From Vulcanimicrobiaceae bacterium (GTDB lineage Bacteria; Vulcanimicrobiota; Vulcanimicrobiia; Vulcanimicrobiales; Vulcanimicrobiaceae), in the NCBI GenBank assembly GCA_046262595.1, contig JBHEMM010000016.1, positions 26,661 to 48,567 on the forward strand: 21,907 nucleotides of DNA, read 5' to 3'. Below are positions 16,492 through 21,907 of this stretch, piece after piece. The position numbers were made by a program, and so were the translations under genes. The notes beneath the pieces were generated by a model that saw only the letters and a program-made list of their open reading frames with translations, had not been told where the DNA came from and made no database searches. The first letter of the stretch is position 1. Every line of letters begins with the position of its first letter.

Positions 16492-19179
16492 GTGAAACGT
16501 TTGCTCGTGCCGCTCTTCTTGCTTATGGTGCCGCTGCTCGGCGTTCGCGCGCAGGCGCAAACGTTTAACGGCATCGGCGACCGCGGCGTGTACCAAACCC
16601 GTCTGTCGAACGGCCTTCAAGTCATCGCGGTGGAAGACAGTGCGGCGCCGGTGGTGCATACGTCGGTTTTTTACCGCTTCGGTTCGCTCGATGAGACACC
16701 GGGGAAAACGGGACTGGCGCACGGCCTGGAACATATGATGTTCCGCGGCACGCCTTCGCTCTCCGCCGGCGGCCTGGATGATATCATGGCCCGTTTGGGC
16801 GCGCAGATGAACGGGACGACCGCTTACGACGACACGACGTTTCTACTGGACATGCCCAGCGACCGTTTGAATATCGCGCTGCAGATCGAAGCCGACCGCA
16901 TGCAGCATCTCGCACTTCGCGCGGCGGATTGGCGGATAGAACAGCGTGCGGTATTGAACGAAATCGACGGCGATTATAGTTCGCCGTTTTATAATTTGCT
17001 CGCGCGCGTGCGGGCCGCGGCGTATCCTGATGCACCCGCCGGACGCACGCCGGCGGGCGTCCGCAGCGACGTCGCGCGCGCGACTGTCGCCGATCTGCGC
17101 CGCTACTACGAAGAATGGTATGCCCCCGACAACGCCGCGCTCGTCGTGGCGGGCGACGTGCGGCACGACGCGGTCTTCGCGCTTGCGCGCCGCTTCTTCG
17201 GCGCAATCCCGCGGCGCACTCTGCCGGCGCATGCGGCGCTTCATCCCGTGGCCGCAACGGGCAAAACCGTCGAAGCGGAGTTCCCTTTCCCGTTCGAGGT
17301 CCTCGATCTCGCATACGCCGTTCCCGGTGACACCGAACGCGGCGAACCGGCGATCAGCACACTTGCAGCGCTGATTCCGAATCAGCGCGGAGCGTTTTAT
17401 CAGGCGCTCGTGCAAACCAACATCGCGCTGGAGATAACGGCGAACGCCGATACGCAGCTGCGCGGCGGGTTGATGCACGTGTTTGTGACTTTGAACCCCG
17501 GGCATACGGGCGCACAGGCCCAGCAAGTGTTCCAAGCGACGATGGATGAAGCGCTCAAGAATGGGTTCGGCGACGACTTGGTTGCCGCCGCAAAACGGGC
17601 GACCATCGCCGATCGCGTGTACAGCGGCGACTCCATCAGCGGTTTGGCCGACTTGGCCGGCTACACATACGGGATTGTGCGCGAACGCAATTCGGATGAA
17701 GACGCACGGCTGGCGGCGCTCACGGCGGGCGATGTGCTCAATGCAGCCCGCAGATACCTTTCGAGCCCCAACGTCATCGGACACCTCACGCCGAACGATC
17801 GTCCGGCATCCGGTTCGCAGAAGACGAGCGCAGGAAACGCTGATAATTTCAGCGGCCGCGCGCCCAGCGGTGCGGTGGTTATCCCGGCGCAATTCCGCGC
17901 GGAGTTGCAAACGCCGAGCGCAGCACGAAGCAAACTGGACCCGGTGCGTTTTACGCTCGCAAACGGCCTGCACGTACTCGTGCAGCCGAAGACCGATCGG
18001 CAGACCGTCTACATCAGCGGAACCATTGTATCGTCGCCGCAGTTCGTACCGGCCGGAAAAGAAGGCATCGCGCGTTTAGCATCGAGCCTGGCGAACTTCG
18101 GATCGGCACAATACGACTTCAGCCGGCTGCGCAAAGTCACGGACGACATGGGCGCTTCCGTCGACTTGGGGGAAACGTTCGGTGCACATGGCCTGGCGCG
18201 GGACTTCGATACGCTTTTAAGCATCTTGGCCGACGGTGAAGAACACCCGTCATTCCCGGAGCAGTGGCTCACGCAGGAGCGCTCGCAGATCGCGAACAGC
18301 GTCAAGAGCGAGCAGCAACTCTCGAGCGTCCTCGTCGAACACGTCTATCTTTCGCGGCTGCTGCAGCCCGCCGATCCCGCGCTTCGTTTCGAAAGCGCCG
18401 ATACCGTATCGTCTATAACGCGCGAGGACTTGCTTGCGTACACCGGCCGGTATTGGCGTCCCGACTTGACAACGATCGCGATCGTCGGCGACGTGACGCC
18501 CGCACAGGCACGCGCCGCGGCGGAAAAAGCATTCGGTACGTGGCGCCGCCAGGGGCCGGCGCCGCGCCGGAGCGAACCGGCACTGCCCGCCGCACACGCG
18601 GGCCGCGCCTATATCTCCACTTCCTCAACGCAGTTGTTCGTGCAGCTCGGCCAGCCGGCGGTCGCCCGCAGCAGCGCGGATTTCGATGCATTCCGGCTGC
18701 TGACCGAAATGTTAGGCGGCAGCGGTTACTTCCAGTCGCGGCTCTGGCAGGAGCTGCGTCAAAAACGCGGACTGGTCTACAGCATCGGCACGGAGATGAA
18801 AGCCGACGCCTCGCGCGGCGATCTGGAGATCGCGTTCAGCGCATCGCCTCAGAACGCGCCGGCCGCAATCGCACTCGTGCGCAGGGAGATGAACCGGCTG
18901 CGTTCGGCGCGCGTGAGTCCAGCCGAACTTGCGCAAGCGAAGCTGCGCCTGGTTTCCGAGGCGCTTCTCAATGAGGGGTCGGCTGACGGCCAGCTCGATG
19001 AAGTGCTCGCTATCGGGAACAACGATCTTCCGGTGAACTATTTTGCCGCGCTCTCGCAGCGTTACGCCTCGATAACGGCCGCGGATATCCAACGCATCGC
19101 GATGAAATATCTGCGTCCGAACGCCCTGATTGAAGTTTTCGCGGGACCGCCCGGGCCATGGGGCGGGACAGGATTATGA
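16492..19179 (+). CDS. secreted M16 family (pitrilysin/PqqL-like) zinc peptidase, fused two-half type
   Basis: Signal peptide MKRLLVPLFLLMVPLLGVRAQA, inverted zinc motif HGLEH, EADRM, and C-half SRLWQELRQKRGLVY. GGAG lies 6 nt before GTG 16492. Confidence 0.92.
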   Translation: MKRLLVPLFLLMVPLLGVRAQAQTFNGIGDRGVYQTRLSNGLQVIAVEDSAAPVVHTSVFYRFGSLDETPGKTGLAHGLEHMMFRGTPSLSAGGLDDIMARLGAQMNGTTAYDDTTFLLDMPSDRLNIALQIEADRMQHLALRAADWRIEQRAVLNEIDGDYSSPFYNLLARVRAAAYPDAPAGRTPAGVRSDVARATVADLRRYYEEWYAPDNAALVVAGDVRHDAVFALARRFFGAIPRRTLPAHAALHPVAATGKTVEAEFPFPFEVLDLAYAVPGDTERGEPAISTLAALIPNQRGAFYQALVQTNIALEITANADTQLRGGLMHVFVTLNPGHTGAQAQQVFQATMDEALKNGFGDDLVAAAKRATIADRVYSGDSISGLADLAGYTYGIVRERNSDEDARLAALTAGDVLNAARRYLSSPNVIGHLTPNDRPASGSQKTSAGNADNFSGRAPSGAVVIPAQFRAELQTPSAARSKLDPVRFTLANGLHVLVQPKTDRQTVYISGTIVSSPQFVPAGKEGIARLASSLANFGSAQYDFSRLRKVTDDMGASVDLGETFGAHGLARDFDTLLSILADGEEHPSFPEQWLTQERSQIANSVKSEQQLSSVLVEHVYLSRLLQPADPALRFESADTVSSITREDLLAYTGRYWRPDLTTIAIVGDVTPAQARAAAEKAFGTWRRQGPAPRRSEPALPAAHAGRAYISTSSTQLFVQLGQPAVARSSADFDAFRLLTEMLGGSGYFQSRLWQELRQKRGLVYSIGTEMKADASRGDLEIAFSASPQNAPAAIALVRREMNRLRSARVSPAELAQAKLRLVSEALLNEGSADGQLDEVLAIGNNDLPVNYFAALSQRYASITAADIQRIAMKYLRPNALIEVFAGPPGPWGGTGL

Positions 19180-20594
19180 GCGGCATTCAGACCGTCAATC
19201 CGGCGACCGGCGGCGCCATCGAGCGCTTTGCGTACATGACGGAAACGGCGATCGATGAAAAACTCGAAACCGCTGCACAGCGGTTTGCCTCGTGGCGGAA
19301 CGCGCCGTTCGATCTTCGCGCCAAAGTGCTGCGCGATGCGGCGACGCTGCTGCGCTCGCAGCGCGATGCGCTCGCCGATACCGCCGTCCGCGAAATGGGC
19401 AAACCGGTAACGCAAGCCCGGGCCGAAGTGGAAAAGTGCGCATTTGCCTGCGACTATTTCGCCGCCCACGCCGCAGAGTTCTTGAGGGAAAGAGACGTCG
19501 CATCGAACGCCGCGCACAGCTACATCGGTTTTCGGCCTCTCGGCGTCATTTTCGCCATCATGCCCTGGAACTTTCCGTACTGGCAAGCTTTTCGTGCCGC
19601 CGCGCCGGCATTGATGGCGGGCAACACGATGGTGCTCAAACATGCGGATTCGACGACGCGCTGCGCGCTCGAGATCGAACGCATCTTTACGCAGGCCGGA
19701 GCACCGCCGGGCGTTTTCGCAACGCTGCTGATCGATCACGATCGCGCGGATGCGCGCATCGCCGACCCGCGCATCGCGGCAGTGACGTTGACGGGCAGCG
19801 AACGCGCCGGCGTTGCCGTCGCTCAGGCCGCCGGCAAAGCGCTCAAAAAATGCGTGCTGGAACTTGGCGGCTCCGATCCGTTCATCGTCTTGGCCGACGC
19901 GCAGCTCGATCAGGCCGTCGAGTTCGCCGTAAAGGCGCGCTTTCAAAACAACGGGCAGAGCTGCATTGCGGCGAAGCGCTTCATCATCGAAGATCCGGTC
20001 TACGACCGTTTCGTCAAGAGTTTCGCGCAGGCAGCCGCGCAGCAGCGGGTGGGCGACCCCGGCGACGAGACGACGCAAATCGGTCCGCTTGCGCGGCGCG
20101 ATCTGCGCGACGCGCTCGCGGCGCAGGTGACGCAAAGCGTCGTGGACGGCGCACGCATCGTCGCCGGCGGCAAGGTGCTTGAGGGCCCCGGTTTTTTTTA
20201 CGAGCCCACCGTGCTCGCCGACGTCGAACCCGGCGCTGCGATGTTCGATCAGGAAACGTTCGGACCGGCCGCGGCGGTGATCCGTGCGCTCGACAGCGGC
20301 CACGCACTCGAACTTGCCAATGCCTCGGCGTTCGGACTCGGCTCGAACGTTTGGACGCAAAGCATCGAGAGCGCGCGCGCGATGGCAGCGCGCATGGAGT
20401 CCGGAATGGTGGCGATCAACGGCATGGTGGCGAGCGATCCGCGCCTGCCCTTCGGCGGCGTCAAACGCAGCGGTTACGGACGCGAGCTCTCGGCGTTCGG
20501 CATTCGCGAATTCGTAAACATTCAGTCCGTGTGGATCGGTCCGGAGCAGGCGGCACAAACGCCGCCGCTTGCTACGCCGGCAATCCGTCCGTGA
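19176..20594 (+). CDS. NAD(P)-dependent succinate-semialdehyde dehydrogenase (Sad/GabD1-type ALDH)
   Basis: IMPWNFP, TGSE, LELGGSDP, GQSCIA, ETFGP and PFGGVKRSGYGRELS. ATGA overlap with the peptidase stop. Confidence 0.9.
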   Translation: MSGIQTVNPATGGAIERFAYMTETAIDEKLETAAQRFASWRNAPFDLRAKVLRDAATLLRSQRDALADTAVREMGKPVTQARAEVEKCAFACDYFAAHAAEFLRERDVASNAAHSYIGFRPLGVIFAIMPWNFPYWQAFRAAAPALMAGNTMVLKHADSTTRCALEIERIFTQAGAPPGVFATLLIDHDRADARIADPRIAAVTLTGSERAGVAVAQAAGKALKKCVLELGGSDPFIVLADAQLDQAVEFAVKARFQNNGQSCIAAKRFIIEDPVYDRFVKSFAQAAAQQRVGDPGDETTQIGPLARRDLRDALAAQVTQSVVDGARIVAGGKVLEGPGFFYEPTVLADVEPGAAMFDQETFGPAAAVIRALDSGHALELANASAFGLGSNVWTQSIESARAMAARMESGMVAINGMVASDPRLPFGGVKRSGYGRELSAFGIREFVNIQSVWIGPEQAAQTPPLATPAIRP

Positions 20595-21702
20595 AGTGCT
20601 TGATCCGTAACAGGCCCTCGCGCACGGTTCGCGCCGGAGAAACCCACGAGAGCCGCAGCCAGCCGTCGAAGCACGCGCCGAACGCAACGCCCGGGATCGC
20701 GATGACATCCTCCTTGTCGGCAAGAGCGTGCGCCGCTGCCAACGACGTTATGCTCGGCGGCAGTTTCACGCACGCGTAAAAACTGCCCTGGGGAACGATG
20801 TGCGGCATGCCGCTCTGGGCGAGGGCGGCGCAGACGGCGCGCCATTGCTCTTCATACCACTGCGCGTGTTCGCGCAGTGCGTTCTCTCGAAAAATGTGCA
20901 GCGCAACCGCTTGAGAAAACGTGTCGGCGCACGATGTGAGCCACGCGTGCACTTTCACCAGTTCGCGCATGAGCGGCGCCGGCGCCATGGCCCACCCCAG
21001 GCGCAAGCCGGTCAGCGCGTTGCTCTTGCTCACGCTGTTCGTGACGATCGTGTGCGGGTAGACCTGCGCAAAAAGGCCGGCATCGCGCACAAACGTTTGT
21101 TCGCGGTAGATTTCGTCGTGTAAGATCCAGACCGGCTCGCCGCCGCGCCGCAGCAGGCCGGCCGCAAGTTCGTGCACCTGCATCCGGTCCATAACGCGCG
21201 CCGTCGGGTTGCAGGGCGAACAGATCACGATCAGGCGCGTTTGTTTTCCGACCGCTGCGAGAATGCGCTGCGCGTCGAAAGCGAAAGCGTCCGCTTCGTG
21301 CATCGCAACGGACCGGACGGCAGCGCCTTCCAAAGCCGCCATCTTGGCGTAAGAGGGAAACGCGGGTTCGACGACCAGCAACTCGTCTTTAAGCGGATCG
21401 AGCAGCGTTTTAATCGCGGCGTACGTCGCCTCTTGCGAGCCGGTGGTGACGCAGACGTTCTCCGCTGCGCCGAGTTGCGGATATGCGTAGTGCGCCGCGA
21501 TTGCGGCGCGAAGCTCCGCGTCGCCCGCGTTGAGCGTGTAGCGTAAGCCGTGCTCGAGCGCATGTGCCATTCCGGCCTGCAGGTGTGCGGCTTGCGGCGC
21601 AAGCGACGGTTCGCCCAAGCCCAAGTCAATCGAGCCGCGTTTGCGCTTTTGCGCGATCTCGCGGATCAGCGAGCCCGAGATCGATCGCACGCGCGGATTC
21701 AT
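20572..21702 (-). CDS. PLP-dependent class I/II aminotransferase (candidate N-succinyldiaminopimelate aminotransferase by context)
   Basis: LGLGEP, TTGSQEA, SPCNPT, DEIY, SVSKSNALTGLRLGW and PG..FG...WLRLS. Lies directly downstream of dapD. Confidence 0.88.
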   Translation of the reverse strand: MNPRVRSISGSLIREIAQKRKRGSIDLGLGEPSLAPQAAHLQAGMAHALEHGLRYTLNAGDAELRAAIAAHYAYPQLGAAENVCVTTGSQEATYAAIKTLLDPLKDELLVVEPAFPSYAKMAALEGAAVRSVAMHEADAFAFDAQRILAAVGKQTRLIVICSPCNPTARVMDRMQVHELAAGLLRRGGEPVWILHDEIYREQTFVRDAGLFAQVYPHTIVTNSVSKSNALTGLRLGWAMAPAPLMRELVKVHAWLTSCADTFSQAVALHIFRENALREHAQWYEEQWRAVCAALAQSGMPHIVPQGSFYACVKLPPSITSLAAAHALADKEDVIAIPGVAFGACFDGWLRLSWVSPARTVREGLLRIKHFTDGLPA

Positions 21703-21716
21703 CAGACAGCGATATC

Positions 21717-21907
21717 TTATTCGCGCAAAACGGCATTGAGCGACGTCTTGCGGTCGGTCGATTCGTTGCGCGTGCCGATGATGAGCGCGCATGGAACGCC
21801 GAACGTTCCTGCCGGGAATTCTTTGGGAATCGTTCCGGGAATCACGACGGCGCGCGCGGGGATCCGTCCTTTACCGGCAAGCGGCTCGCGTCCGCGCACG
21901 TCGACGA
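21717..21907 (-). CDS. dapD: 3' end of tetrahydrodipicolinate N-succinyltransferase (partial)
   Basis: GRIPARAVVIPG...VPCALII...TDRKTSLNAVLRE matches the DapD C-terminus. Confidence 0.85.
   Translation of the reverse strand, partial: VDVRGREPLAGKGRIPARAVVIPGTIPKEFPAGTFGVPCALIIGTRNESTDRKTSLNAVLRE

Noticed and set aside
19062..20723. 553 aa antisense ORF and other long shadow ORFs (e.g. 16843-17973, 9807-10928, 7319-8218)
   Set aside because: They are antisense to well-supported genes, have no motifs, and are expected from high-GC codon bias.
1..21907. CRISPR arrays, tRNA/rRNA, IS elements, prophage or defence genes
   Set aside because: No spaced repeats, RNA gene signatures, transposase or integrase motifs were seen. 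Coding density is near complete, with intergenic gaps of about 130 bp or less.

Overview
GC-rich bacterial core-genome region. Gene style and order suggest a Terrabacteria lineage, possibly Vulcanimicrobiota/Eremiobacterota; this is inference only. On the minus strand, a tightly coupled run of about 10 kb reads cmk-plsC-polyprenyl (GGPP-type) synthase-1050 aa double GT-C glycosyltransferase-yebC-kinase-less PASTA protein-rpe-thiL-pdxK-hypothetical. It is followed by a His-rich lipoprotein, a YflT-like stress protein and an unannotated 47 aa acidic ORF. rpmB (L28) lies on the plus strand, divergent from fakA/yloV-plsX. On the plus strand, radA-ftcd-DUF1003-secreted M16 peptidase-SSADH-type aldehyde dehydrogenase converge on a class I/II aminotransferase and the 3' end of dapD. 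I see no mobile elements, tRNA/rRNA genes or CRISPR arrays. The main oddities are: plsX switching in frame, after about 24 codons, into LigD-like sequence at the left edge; an ALG6/8-like plus PMT-like glycosyltransferase fusion; a PrkC-like ectodomain with no kinase, in the position PrkC usually occupies; a structured rpmB leader; and small unannotated or uncharacterised genes. None of these is demonstrably a new system from sequence alone.
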